A program made the translations under genes and the position numbers. A DNA stretch of 64,000 nucleotides from Lama guanicoe (taxonomy: Eukaryota). The stretch lies in contig MU053995.1 in NCBI GenBank assembly GCA_013239625.1, forward strand, positions 372,001-436,000. The letters are read 5' to 3'. The notes under the pieces were generated by a model that was given only the letters and a program-made list of their open reading frames with translations, was not told the origin of the DNA and did not search any database. Shown piece after piece: positions 27,101 through 37,890 of this stretch (the first letter of the stretch is position 1; every line of letters begins with the position of its first letter).

Positions 27101-27511
27101 CTGGAAGGCCGGGGTCCCTATTCTTAAAATTAACACCGAGGACAGTGGGAAAAGTCCCTATTCAGACTGAAAGGTGCTAACACGCGCTTCTTTTCAGAGA
27201 AAAAGACCCTAATAGCACTTAACTCAATGGCTTCCCAGCCAAAACCTTCAGAGGATTCGAAGTCCCACGGTTTCACATCCTCACGCACAACGCAGATCTC
27301 GCACAATCGCTGATTATTCCACCTAACTCCGGGGCTCCCTTCTAACCCCGGATGAGGATAGCCTGTCACTGCCACGAGTCAAAACCTCACTGAAGGCTCA
27401 GTTAACTCCTGAGTTAACGCCAATAGTCGAGCGAAACCTTACCAAAGTGGCAAGATCCTGGCGAGAAAGATGCGGCTGGCCCAAAGTCACGCCAGCTTCA
27501 ACTCCCGCCAT
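6888..27511 (-). CDS. EIF2S3Y: Eukaryotic translation initiation factor 2 subunit gamma, 12 coding exons, 472 aa, intact; most likely the Y-linked gametolog
   Basis: Hand-spliced join(27511-27443, 26870-26807, 26199-26072, 25955-25834, 23546-23452, 21287-21129, 20177-20043, 13592-13498, 13249-13105, 12187-12018, 10659-10487, 6951-6888) = 69+64+128+122+95+159+135+95+145+170+173+64 = 1419 nt with no internal stop. G-domain motifs [19 protein letters not shown] are present and the C-terminus is [11 protein letters not shown]2S3 identity is essentially certain; Y versus X is inference. Confidence 0.9.
7400..9290 (+). mobile_element. Old L1M 5' UTR/ORF1 remnant in intron 11
   Basis: A-rich ORF1-like sequence (aaagagctaaagga, ggagtcccaggaggagagag, gatgacatactcaaaagtgctgaagg); boundaries approximate. 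Confidence 0.7.
10487..10659 (-). CDS. EIF2S3Y: eIF2-gamma exon 11 ([16 protein letters not shown]...RRVEKHWR)
   Basis: cctag|GTG...TGGCG|gtaagt, 173 nt. Confidence 0.97.
12018..12187 (-). CDS. EIF2S3Y: eIF2-gamma exon 10 ([15 protein letters not shown]...[12 protein letters not shown])
   Basis: attag|GAGTT...GCAAAA|gtaaat, 170 nt; within ORF 11943..12221. Confidence 0.97.
13105..13249 (-). CDS. EIF2S3Y: eIF2-gamma exon 9 ([10 protein letters not shown]...AAPGGLI)
   Basis: tttcag|GTG...ATTG|gtaagg, 145 nt; within ORF 13007..13258. Confidence 0.97.
13498..13592 (-). CDS. EIF2S3Y: eIF2-gamma exon 8 ([32 protein letters not shown])
   Basis: ttcccag|TTATT...TTAAAG|gtgaag, 95 nt. Confidence 0.97.
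13888..14145 (+). mobile_element. MaLR MLT1-like LTR, 3'-truncated
   Basis: ggctgaatt...tcagaatgttactgtatttggaaacagggc...gccctaatccaatctgactggtgtccttataa. Confidence 0.75.
14150..19477 (+). mobile_element. Long lineage-specific L1 in intron 7 (partial 5' UTR, ORF1, EN/RT, internal deletion at ~18548, 3' UTR, A tail); non-coding
   Basis: ORF-track fragments match L1 ORF1 (15422: [15 protein letters not shown]...RPT..HAIIKM) and the endonuclease start (16248: [10 protein letters not shown]); ORF2 jumps from the RT end to the C-terminal region at ~18548. Confidence 0.92.
20043..20177 (-). CDS. EIF2S3Y: eIF2-gamma exon 7 ([15 protein letters not shown]...[13 protein letters not shown])
   Basis: ttacag|GTACA...ATTG|gtaagg, 135 nt. 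Confidence 0.97.
20692..20791 (+). pseudogene. Degenerate near-full-length U6 snRNA retrocopy in EIF2S3Y intron 6 (antisense to host)
   Basis: acgctcattgtGGCAGCACATATACTAAAActagaa...catggccc...atgacacg...GTTCCATATTTT, followed by a short A tract; collinear with U6. Confidence 0.85.
21029..21100. repeat. 32-bp perfect direct repeat, 40-nt period
   Basis: aattacattaagataactggattaaatgcttc at 21029-21060 and 21069-21100. Confidence 0.95.
21129..21287 (-). CDS. EIF2S3Y: eIF2-gamma exon 6 ([11 protein letters not shown]...NKID...[11 protein letters not shown])
   Basis: atttag|CTGGT...CAAG|gtaaga, 159 nt. Confidence 0.97.
21666..22108 (+). mobile_element. MaLR MLT1-like LTR
   Basis: tgtagacagcc...atgtttgttactctagctactgcattttgaggtatgttgttacatagtaatagttaac. 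Confidence 0.65.
22240..22975 (+). mobile_element. ERVL-type LTR (MER21-like)
   Basis: ggctggccatgacagaaagaccaaccatgtg...atgtttggaactctc...cctgtaataaa...gcagttgctatcagaag. Confidence 0.6.
23452..23546 (-). CDS. EIF2S3Y: eIF2-gamma exon 5 ([31 protein letters not shown])
   Basis: attag|ACAT...ATAG|gtaaat, 95 nt. Confidence 0.97.
24414..24446 (+). pseudogene. 5' fragment of U6 snRNA (nt ~1-30) running into an A tract and an assembly gap
   Basis: GTGCTgaCTTtGGCAGCACATATACTAAAA versus U6 GTGCTCGCTTCGGCAGCACATATACTAAAA. Confidence 0.85.
24447..24486. other. Assembly gap (40 N)
   Basis: Run of n. Confidence 1.
25834..25955 (-). CDS. EIF2S3Y: eIF2-gamma exon 4 ([14 protein letters not shown]...FKLVR)
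   Basis: tttag|ATT...GTCAG|gtgatc, 122 nt. Confidence 0.97.
26072..26199 (-). CDS. EIF2S3Y: eIF2-gamma exon 3 (P-loop GHVAHGKS...GYANAK)
   Basis: ttgcag|GAACA...GCCAAG|gtacag, 128 nt; within ORF 26012..26212. Confidence 0.97.
26807..26870 (-). CDS. EIF2S3Y: eIF2-gamma exon 2 ([22 protein letters not shown])
   Basis: tttcag|GAT...ATAG|gtaaga, 64 nt. Confidence 0.97.
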
Positions 27512-27900
27512 CTTGCCTGGAGAAAAAGGAAGTCGTCTGGGTGGTTGCCTGACTGTACGCAGGCCCCCTTGTGCAGGGCGGGGCTGCGGAGACAGACGGC
27601 CGACTAGGACACAGGCCGGGAAGAGGAGAATTACAGTAACAGCATCGGGCTCACCGCACGGACTTCTTTCCACTTCAGCTTACACAATGCCTACAGATAG
27701 GATGAAAGTAAAACGCGACGCAAAGCTTAGGGATCTGTTCGTAGCCGACTTCTTAGATATTTGTGCAGGCAATATTGAGGGCATCCCCAAAAAGACCCTG
27801 TGTTGGGCGGATGGGGCAACCCGGAAGAGGGCACTGCAAAGAGAGTTGCTGTATCGGCTTGCGTGTTGTTGGTTGTGATCGTTTTCTACAATTTAGGAAT
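27100..27900 (-). promoter_or_regulatory. CpG-rich promoter / first-exon region of EIF2S3Y
   Basis: Main CpG-retaining stretch of the window. GC box GGGCGGGGC 27576-27584; ETS-like CCGGAAG 27821-27827; pyrimidine tract CTTCCTTTTTCTCC 27532-27519; YY1/TISU-like CAAGATGGCGG at the ATG. Confidence 0.8.
27443..27511 (-). CDS. EIF2S3Y: eIF2-gamma coding exon 1 ([23 protein letters not shown])
   Basis: ATG at 27511 in CAAGATGGCGG context; donor TTG|gtaagg. Confidence 0.97.
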
Positions 27901-28268
27901 CCTGTTTTGGGTATGGAAACTAGCATAAAGGGAATGTTCTTTATTACCAGTTTCGATGATTTAATGAGGTGAGGTTGGGTGGCCGTTCTTGATGTGAGGG
28001 ATGTGCCAGTTAACTTGCTAGCCATTCTGAAGGCACTATTCCATTTGCTGGGAGGCCTATGGGGCGACGGAAAGACGCCTTCCAGGAAAAGGGTGAAGGA
28101 AGGGCTTAGTGGCCCAGGTTTGGCAAAAGCAAAGTTCTTACCGTAGCTCTCAGAGTTTTAGGAAAAGGCTGTGGTCTTAGAATGCACTCGGAGTGTTTAC
28201 CACAGTGCCCTGAGTAAGTTTCTGAAAAGCAGATATAAGAAAATGCATTTATTTAAAAGAAATAGGAG

Positions 28269-28393
28269 GAGTAGGATATAGCTCAGTAATAGAGCTGCTT
28301 AGCATGCAGGAGGTCCCGGATTCAATCCACGGCACCTCCATGAAAAACATAAATAAACCTAATTGCCTCCCCGCAAAAATTTTTTTAAAAAAA
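28269..28393 (+). mobile_element. tRNA-derived SINE (camelid Vic-1-like)
   Basis: gatatagctcagtaatagagctgcttagcatgcaggaggtcccggattcaatcc...aaataaacctaattgcctcccc; imperfect flanking repeat aaataggag/aattaggtg. Confidence 0.8.
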
Positions 28394-28493
28394 ATTAGGT
28401 GAGGGAAATTACTTTCTCCAAATTGAAAGGAAAATTTTTTTTAAATAAAGGAAATGTGAAAGAAGAACATGACTTAACTATATCCATATCAGA

Positions 28494-31400
28494 TGTTAAG
28501 GCAATCAAGCAATCAGCCAGTGCAGCCGCTCTCTCCCCATCCCCTCTTCCCCCTTTTTGGCACACTGAAAGCATTCACGTGGGAGGAAAACAGAATACTT
28601 GCCCTAGGTAATTAAAGTGCATATCAAAGGGATGATTTCAATAAGCCTAGACTCATATCTTCTGAAAGAAAAGCATTACAAACTTGAATGAGCTTTTTCT
28701 TAATTAGTAGTAATCTTTTGATGTTCTACTCTATGATTTTTTCCCAAAAAAAAACTGTGTATGTTGGCTCCTTCTTACTTCTTCCTAGTAACACCTCAGA
28801 GGAATCTGAGAAGCTGTCTTCCCTGTGTAAGTCACCAGTAAGCCTGCTGAATAAAACATAATTCTCAACTTTTAAGTAATGGTTTTCTTTCTTTCTTCCT
28901 TCCTTCCTTCATCCCCACCCCCCACCCCCGGATTTGTGGACCCATGAAAGGCCCCAGAGCAGACTTCTTTCTTTCCCAGAACTTTTGAGGAGCTGGAGCC
29001 TTAGTATCACTGGAGGCCTGCCTGCCTCCTCAGAGAGTCCAAATAAATTTGATGACTCTTTACTGGTTTTTGGATCTCCTATTATTATTTGCAATTGATC
29101 CTAAGTTTTATTGATAAACTCCTGGGAGGGATAGGTTATCTTTGCAACTTTATCTTTGCAACTTAGTTTCAAGAAGTATGCCAGTTATCCTTAGTTGAAA
29201 GATGCTGGGAAATATTGCGCTCAGTTTAGACTCTTGAGTGATTTATCCTTGTTAAAAGGCTCAGAAGACTTCGATCAGTTCAAAGGCATTAAGTAGGATT
29301 AGACTGGGTGGGACATGTCATTTTTCCCTTAAACTGGCTACTTTAATGGAGTTTTTCAGAATAAAAGTGAACGTATCTCATGAGAGATTTCAGCTCTGAA
29401 GAAGGGACATCTCCAGGCTGGCAGTGTCTTCCTCAGGCATCTGAGAAACTTGCAGGAGTCGTGGAGGCAAGTCTTTGTACTGTGCAGCCATCCTCATAGG
29501 GAAACGTACTCATTTTAATTAAAAACTTACTCTGCTGGGGATACGCCCAAGAATTAGTTGCTCAATGATCAGATCATCCACAGAGGTCTTACATGACCAG
29601 AGGGAGAAACTAAGACACATGAGAGAGCTGAAACAACTCTAGGGAAAAACCTAGAGGAGTTAAGCTCACAGACAACTTGGCCCATCACACAATTGATGAG
29701 TGATTTTTATTCCAACAAACTGACTTTGGGATAAGGAACAAAGCGTTCAAAACAAAAGAAAAGGAACGGCAGTTTGCCAGTGTCCTATTAATACCCCAGC
29801 CAGATTTATGTCTGAACATAACTTACACTTACAAGCACTTCCTTAACTGGGAATTAAAGAAAATCTTGCCCTAAAAATGATCAATAAGGGCTCTCTTATT
29901 GCATATCTAGTTAAATTAGAGAAAACTGTCTTGATAAAATATTTTCTCAGATTTCTGATCTTAAGAGAGATAAAAGCTCTTCTAGTGGGGACCTTGCATT
30001 CTCTCCTTGTGTCTTTGAGATGTAAATGTTGTATATGATCTTACTTAGGAGTGTGTATGTTTTGAGAACTTGGTCTTTGCCATCCAGAAAGTACATATAT
30101 GGTGTACCTCTGACAGCCAGTAGAATAGACTGGGATTCTGAGGAGTCTTTTGTTTGAGTGTTCCAACTTAGGTGTTTTTGCCAACTTAACCTTCCTGGCA
30201 TTAACCTGTATAATGAAGGCCTTTCTTTTCTTAGACAGTTTTTGAGAGTGAACTTTCTAGAGCTTGTATGAGTTACATCCTTGACATCCTGTGCGGATGA
30301 CTCTTATGTCTTATTGGTTTGAGTCTCAATTAAAGTACATCTTGTTACTAGTCAGATGATGGATTCTTTAAATTGGTGAAACTCCTAAACTGGTAAATAT
30401 TTAGGGAACTTTAACTATAAACAGCTTTTCTATTGGTAGTTATGAAAAAATCAAACTAGAATGTAGAAAAAACTATGTATATAGTGGTTGACATAGAATT
30501 ACCTTAATTTAAAACAAACCAAGTAAGAATTCCTGATGTGGGAAGCATTATTTGGGGTCTATGCTGAAAAGATGATAGTAAATACATTTAGGATAGTTAA
30601 TGTTAAGAAAACAACTGAAGAAAAATTTGGAGACTTCTTCCCAAAAAGGTAGAAATTTTAAATGGGCTTATTCCTAATGGATAAGAAAATCTTTAGGTGC
30701 TTATTAATAAAGAGAAAAATAAAATGGATATTACTGATTTTAAAACAAAAGATTTTGTTACAACAGTAAAGCTGGGTGGGCCAAAGGGACCTGATGTTGG
30801 TCCCTAACATTGAAGGGCCCAAAACAAGTCCAGTCTATCCCTGTTTAAATATATATATTTAAAAGGCTGAAGAAAATTACATTCTCATATCTTACCACCA
30901 ATTGCCTGGGACAACAGCTAGGGCAATTAAACAAGTTAAAATACTGACAACAGGGCCTGATTTCATTGGTTCAGCCTCACACTGGTGACTCTAGAGCCTT
31001 TTATACAAAAGGCACTAAAGATGGGGGAATAAAAAAAGAAAGATAGATTTTTGGACTCCTTGTAAAACTCAGGCTTGTTGACGGAGTCCTAATAGAAACT
31101 ATAAGTTTTAGGTTGGTAGAATTGAGATGAAAGCACATATAAATTGGTGTATTTAAATAGGCTTTATATAAGATGTTTATATCTCATGCCTAATTATGTT
31201 TGGGATAGACATTAGTCTCACTGGGAAATGCTTCCCTTGCCTGGTATAATAAGACAGGGAATACGAGTCTGCTCCTCAGATGATATTAATTAAACATACT
31301 AAAGGAAATCAGTAGGGTTACTGTAGCCCACGAAATATAAGGAAAAGAAGAGAGTTAATATTTCAGGGGTTAACTAAAACAATAATAGATAATTTGCTCT

Positions 31401-31900
31401 GGATTTAACCTGTACACTCAGAAAGCAGGCCTACGTTGAATGATTTGTGAAAACTTTTGAAAGCCTGATAAATTGAACTCAAAGTTCTAGAACATATAGC
31501 TCTTAATTTTCAGTTTAGTTGGAAATCCCATTGATTAGAAAAGCAAATTAAAGTCAATGTAGTTTGTCAAATCAATCATTTAATATGATTTAGGTGACAG
31601 ACCAGTTCTTTGGAGAATTAAAAGCAATTGTCTTCATCTTGCAGATTTCTCCAAATCACAAATGTAAATACAGCCCACAACGACCTAAGACTGAGCCTAA
31701 TTAGCTCAACCAAGTAAAGCCTGAAACAAAAATAAATAAATAAATAAATAAAACAAAGGAAAAAGACCTTGTAAACCCAAACCACAGGAAAGGCTCCATC
31801 ACCCAAATCTGACATGTAGCCTCCTTAAGGGATTTATCAAGGACAAAAATAACCTTAAATGTCTTGTCTTCAAAGAGTAAAGCCTTAATCATCTGATCAA
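28494..31900 (+). mobile_element. Degenerate ERV: LTR (~28494-28880) plus decayed internal sequence
   Basis: TG-start LTR with aataaaacataattctcaactttta, followed by non-L1 decayed internal-like sequence; boundaries and family uncertain. Confidence 0.55.
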
Positions 31901-31914
31901 ATAAATTTCACTTT

Positions 31915-32200
31915 GTTGACTGAGAAACTCTGAAGAGGTAGTTGGCAGGTCAGTATATATGTGATTTTGGTGAAGTAAGTCTAATCAAGCACACATTTGG
32001 CAGAGGCTTGCTGCTAGTCATGAGAAGTTTGCTGCTAGTCATATTGCTGCACATGTCACTGTTAGTGATTTTGGTCCTTTTATAGATATCATAGGATACA
32101 AGAAATTGGCCTTATAAAATCTCCTGAAAATAACTATCCAGTTCTGCCAGTTTTCCCCGGAGCACAGAGTACCTCATTTCTTATCTCTGCCCTGAACTGA
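31915..32200 (-). mobile_element. ERV1-type LTR fragment
   Basis: ggtcagtatatatgtgattttggtgaag...ccagttttccccggagcacagagtacctcatttc. Confidence 0.55.
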
Positions 32201-33347
32201 ATTTGTTGTTTATCTATTTTATACATATATATTAGTTAGTATCTGCAAATCTTGAAGTCCCAGTTTATCCCTTCTCACTTTCTTCTCCCCCTGCTAACCA
32301 TAAGTTTGTTTTTATGTTTGTGGGCCTGTTTCTGTTTTATAAATAAGTCCTCCTGTCTTTTTATTAGATTCCACATATAAGTGATATCATATGGTATTTT
32401 TCCCTTTCTGGCTTACTGTACTTAGAATGACAAAATCCAGATCTATCCATGTTGCTGCAAATGGCATTATTTTATTCTTTTTATGGCTGAGTAGTATTCC
32501 ATTGTGTAAATATACCACAACTTCTTTATCCAGTCATCTGTCAATACCCATTTGTTTTAATGTCTTGGCTATTGTAAAGAGTGCTGCTATAAGCATTGGT
32601 GTGGAGGTAACTGGACAGCTGGACAGCTAAATCAATGAAGTTAGAACACTCCCTCACACCATCCACAGAAATAAACTCAAAATGACTTAAAGACTTAAAC
32701 ATAAACAAGACACTATAAACCTCTTAGAAGAAAACATAGGCAAAACATCTGACATAAATATTAGCAGTGTTCTCCTAGGGCAATCTACTCAGGCAATATA
32801 AATAAAAGCAAAAATAAACAAATGGGACCTAATTAAACTTAAAAGTTTTTGCACAATTAAGGAAATAATAAATAAAACAAAAAGACAACCTGCAGAATGG
32901 GAGAAAATTTTTGCAAAAAATGAGACTGACAAGGGCTTAATTTCCAGGATGTATAAACAGCTTCTATAATATAAAAGAAAAAACAACCCAATCCAAAAAT
33001 GGGCAGATGACCTAAACAAGCAATTCTTCAATGAAGACATATAAATGGCCAACAGGCATATGAAAAAAATGCTCAGTATCACTAATTATCAGAGAAATGC
33101 GAATCAAAACTACAATGAGGTTATCACCTCACACCAGTCAGAATGGCCATCATTTGAAAGTCCACAAATGATAAATGCTATAGAATGTGTGGAAAAAAGT
33201 GTACCCTCCTACACTGTTGGTGAGAATGTAGTTTGGTGCAGCTATTATGGGAAAACAGTATAGATATTCCTGTAAAGACTGAAAGTAGACTTACCACATG
33301 ATCCAGCATTCACACTCCTGGGCATATATCCAGAGGGAAACTTAATC
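32200..33347 (-). mobile_element. Young L1 with 5' inversion (minus 3' part 32200-32605; inverted plus part 32606-33347)
   Basis: Strand switch at ~32605; the two outer L1 positions are nearly contiguous in the L1 3' region. Confidence 0.8.
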
Positions 33348-35500
33348 TAGCTTTGTTCTTTTCCTCAAGGTTGCTTTGGCTATTCAGGGTCTTCTGTGGT
33401 TTCATGTAAACTGAAAAAAAAATTGTTCTATTTCTCTGAAAAACATCCTTGGGATATTAATGGGGATTGGATTAAATCTGCAGGTTGCTTTAGACAATAT
33501 GGATACTTTAACAATGTTTCCAGACCATAAGAAAGGAGTATCTTTCCATTTATTTGTGTTTTTTTCAATTTCAGACTATAGGTCTTTTCACCTGTTTGGT
33601 TATATTTATTCTTGAGTGTTTTATTCTTCTTGTTCAGTCATAAATGAGATTGTGTTTCTCTCTCTGCTTATTTATTATTAACCTTTAGAAATGCAACAGA
33701 CTTTTTTATAAGTTGATTATGTGCCTAGAAACATGACTATATTTATTTATACTTCTAATAATCTTTTGGTGGAGTCTGTAGATTTTTCATAGATGAAATC
33801 ATGTCCTCCACAAACAGTGATTGTTTTACGTCTTTCCTTCCAATTTGGATAACTTTTGTTTATTTTTTGTGCCTAATTGCTCTGCTAGAAATTCCAAGAC
33901 TATGTTGAATGGTAATGCAAAAATGGACATTTTTGTCCTGTTCCTTATTGTAGAGGGGTAGATTACTATAGTGTATGATGTTCACTGTGGGTTTGCCATA
34001 TATAGCCTTTATTATGTTTGTTTGTTTTCTTCAGTACCCATTTTATTGAGATTTTTTAAAATTGTAAATGGGTATTGAATCTCATCAAATTTTTTTTCTG
34101 TGTTTACTGGGATCAAGTGGTTTTTATCATTTTGAGAATGTTGTTCCACTCCCTCCTGGTCTGTAGCATTTCTGCTGAGCAAACTGCGATAGTTTAGTAG
34201 GGGTTCCTTAATAGATGACCATCCTTTCACTGGCTGCCTTTAAAATTCTTTGTCATTGACTTTGACAGGTTTAATATAATGTGTTTTGGAGATCTTTCTG
34301 CTGTGAGGTGTTCTTTTAACTTCATGGACTTGTACATCCAGTTCCTTCCCCACATTTCAGAAGTACTCAGCTATTATTTCTTTAAATAAATTCTCTGCTC
34401 CCTTGTCCATCCCTTCTCCTTCTATGATACCCATTACCCTAAGGTTGCTTTTGTAAATCAGTCAGATAGTTCTTGTCATGTTTCCTCATTTACAAAGTAC
34501 TATCTCTTTCCCTTCCACTTGTGTTATTTCTTGTGTCATGTCTTAGAGCTTGCTAACTTTCTCTTCCATATGGCCTGTTCTATTTCTTCTGCTTTCTTAG
34601 GCATTATCTCATTTATAGAGTTCTTCAGCTCTAGAATTTCTGGTTGGTTCTTTTTTTATAGTTTCAGTCTCTTTGGCAAATAATCCTTCTGTTCATTAAT
34701 TTTACTCTTGAGCTCACTGAACTGCCTTTCTGGATTTTCTTGTAACTCTTTGAATTCACAACAGCTATTCTGAATTCTCAGTCAGTTGGATTGCAACATT
34801 TCATGACTATAAGTATCTGGAGAATTGTTATTTTGTGTCTGTGGTATAGTGTTACTTTGGTTCTTCATGGTTCTTGATGAGTTGTTCATTTGCTGGCATA
34901 TTTAAAGTTGTGAACACCTTTTTTTTTTTTGGCTTATAATGTAGAACATGCTTTTTTTTATTTTGGCCAATTATTTCCCCTTTATATTTTCATTTTTTGA
35001 TTTATAATGCCATATTACAGTTATATAAATTTTCTGTATGTATGTATACAGAAATTAATTATATATATTTATATAATTTATACATAATTATATGTGTATA
35101 TATATGTATACACATTCTTTTTCATATTCTTTTTCATTACAGGTTACTAGAAGCCATTGAATATAGTTACTTGTTCTATATAGTAGGACCTTATTGTTTG
35201 TCTATTCTGTACTTAGTAGTTTGTATCAAACAATCCCAAACTCCCAATTTATCTCTCCCTCCCACTTTCCCTGGTAACCATAATTTCTATGTCTATGAGT
35301 CTCTTTCTGTTTTGTAGATAAGTTCCTTTGTGTCATTTTTTAAAAAAATTCACCCATAAGTGACATCATGTATTGTTGTCTTTCTCTGTCTGACTTACTT
35401 TACTTAGTATGATAATCTCTAATTCCACCCATGTTGCTGCAAATGGCATTGTTTCATTCTGTTTCATGGCTGTGTAGTAACATATAATCTGTTTCTTTAG
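33348..35500 (-). mobile_element. L1 fragments (ORF2/ORF1 remnants plus a separate 3' end at ~34990-35480)
   Basis: T-rich antisense L1 motifs. Confidence 0.75.
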
Positions 35501-35974
35501 GTAACACTTTAAAAAAAATTCTAACAGTTCAACATGTTAGATATTAGAGCCCATCTTTTATTTCCCAATGGGAGGCCCTATAGTGCAAATTTATCATTTC
35601 TCTTACCTGAGTTGTGTTTGCACTTTCCACCCTTCACTGCCTATGTAAAGAGGGGTCCCTCATTATCACTGCTTGCTCATTCAGGGCTGTTGGTGCCTTA
35701 CTGCTGCTGCTTCTGCTGTCTGCATCACTGGCTGGGACACCATGCTGATGAACTCTTTCAAGGAGTCTGGGATATTCTGAGTCACAGACTGCCACCAGAG
35801 GTGGGAGTGGGTAGGTTGGGAGGGTGGGGGAAATTGTTCTGGGCAGGCAGGGTTTTGGGTGCCTCTGTGGCTGGGGAAGCTGAGACTGCTGGCACTGCCT
35901 TTACTGTTCTCCTGGTTTTGCTTCCTATGTGTGTTACTATCCACCCATCTTTATATGTACATAAGTGCAGAATT

Positions 35975-37890
35975 CTCTAGCATACTGATTTGTTGGGCAG
36001 AGGCATCTCTGTTGAGTGATAGTTGTTTTACTCGTTACAGGTTGAAGAGGAGAGACAAAAGGAGTATTTCACAATACCAAGATTCTGGTTTCATTCCACT
36101 GGGCAGCATGATGATGGGCCAAAAGGAAATCTTTCTTCCTGTTAGGGTCTGTAAACTGCAGTGAGTGATATGTACATGAGAGCTCCCACTTCTGGAATCC
36201 CCTATGCCACTTTAAATGAGGTTTCTTTTATTCATTTCACATTTTTCTCCTTTGATCAAGATCTCTCTTTACAAGCACTACTGATCAAGCATCATATAAT
36301 ACAGTTTTAATGTAATTATGTTTTCTCCCTAGGAATGAGGAAGGACCTTTCTAGGATATTATGTCCCAGAGTGGATGAAGTGCACACATTAGAAACTACT
36401 GAGGTCACATGTGAGTTACAAAGATGGGTAAGAGGGAGAACCCTCAGGCATTTCCCTTATTAGGTCTGTACCTTATCAAGATCATGAGTATTGAAGGTCA
36501 TCTCAAAGCACTGAACTAATATCACCGTTAGGTGTGTCACTTTTGCAGAGATTTAACAACAGCTTAAAATATTATATTAAAATGAATTAGATGAGAAGCA
36601 GAATGACCACAATTTGCATTATAGTCTTAAGCCAGGAGACCAAACCTGAAGGCAATCAGCTAAAGAGATCAAAACACCATAGATTTTAAATGATGATTGG
36701 CAAAGCTGGAGGTGTTTCAGTTGAAATCATGTATTTATGACTAGAGAAAGTTTGTCACCTAGATGTAACAATGTGATCCAGTGGGTTATAACCATAAGCT
36801 TGCACGTATAATTGATTATGGCACTTGGGATCAAAGAGAAATTGGTTATAGCTAAGACCAAGGGAATTATTACATGATGAACAGATCAGAATTTCTTGTA
36901 ACTGACCCAACAGTCATAAATGTTCCCCTTTTTGGAAATAAGGTAAGGAACAACATCAAGAGAAAGTACACAGGCTTGTTCTGGTCATCATTTGGCTGTC
37001 ATCTGCTTCAATCTCTGGAAAGCCTTTCCAGGTAATCAGTTGGTGTGCAGGTTTAGTCAGGGTTTGGTGCTTTCTTCCAATGGAAAGGGGCAGGTGAACT
37101 AATGAGAAAAGGGTATGTGTCTCTCAAAAGGCCTAAACAAAACACAGGTTCAGAGACAGAAACCTGTTAAGTCTTATTAAAATCTTGATATTTCACGCAT
37201 TTTCATACTCTAAGGCAGGGGCTATTTAGTAATAGCAGAATTGAAAAGCCCCTACAGTTCCTTGGAGTTCTGAAATTTGGAGTTAGGAAGGCATTTGGAA
37301 AGCCTGGGTGGAGGGCTGAGAACATCTGGAGTGCTTAAGTGTGTATGATTTTTTCTTCCAATGTCTTGGCTTTTTGTAGTAATGTCAGAAACAAGGAGGG
37401 ATTTAATTTTGTTTAGGGGCCTCTACTTGTTGGGAGTTGAAAATTGTGAATTTTAGTGGTTTTTCTTTTAAGTGAATTCTATAAGGTGAAGGTGAGCTGA
37501 TTTGCTAAGTTAGCTAAATCTGAAGTGAACATAATTTCCCATTCCACCTTGGTCCCTTTAATTAGGAAGAAAGAGCCCATTTCAGCTTACTAATGGACAT
37601 AAGTTGAAGGCTGCTTGAATGGATTCGTAAAGGTAATCATACATGCATTCAACATAAAGGGAAGGTCAGGATTTTCTGTAAATATCATACTAGAGCCAGC
37701 TACAGTAATCACGAGTGGGCTGTCTGTATTCCTGAGTACAAGCATGAATCTTACTTTAATCAGAAGATTTGAGGAAAGCCTGAGGGAATGCCAGGTGAAG
37801 CCATTCAGTGATTGCCTGAGCCTGATCATTACTTTCTTTTGCAGTTCTAGAGATTTTTCCTGATAATCCACTTCTTCCAACCTTTCACCA
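35975..37890 (-). mobile_element. ERV 3' portion: decayed integrase/env, polypurine tract, 3' LTR
   Basis: ORF 37590..37898 resembles a decayed integrase C-terminus; PPT-like gatcaaaggagaaaaa directly precedes the LTR start TGTGAAATGAATAAAAG at 36241. Confidence 0.65.

Noticed and set aside
6888..27511. Retrocopy or pseudogene interpretation of the EIF2S3 gene
   Set aside because: Eleven canonical introns, intact 472-codon ORF and CpG-rich promoter
27512..27673. In-frame N-terminal extension of eIF2-gamma in ORF 27398..27673
   Set aside because: Begins at a non-ATG codon upstream of the likely TSS; the conserved start is the ATG at 27511
27447..27878. 143-aa plus-strand ORF antisense to exon 1 and the promoter
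   Set aside because: No recognisable homology; expected by chance in GC-rich promoter DNA
28269..28345. tRNA-like sequence (also at 57272)
   Set aside because: SINE heads with degenerate stems, SINE tails and flanking repeats; not tRNA genes
35534..36164. 148-aa and 101-aa ORFs
   Set aside because: Lie in L1 5'-region/LTR-derived sequence; no domain or splice support
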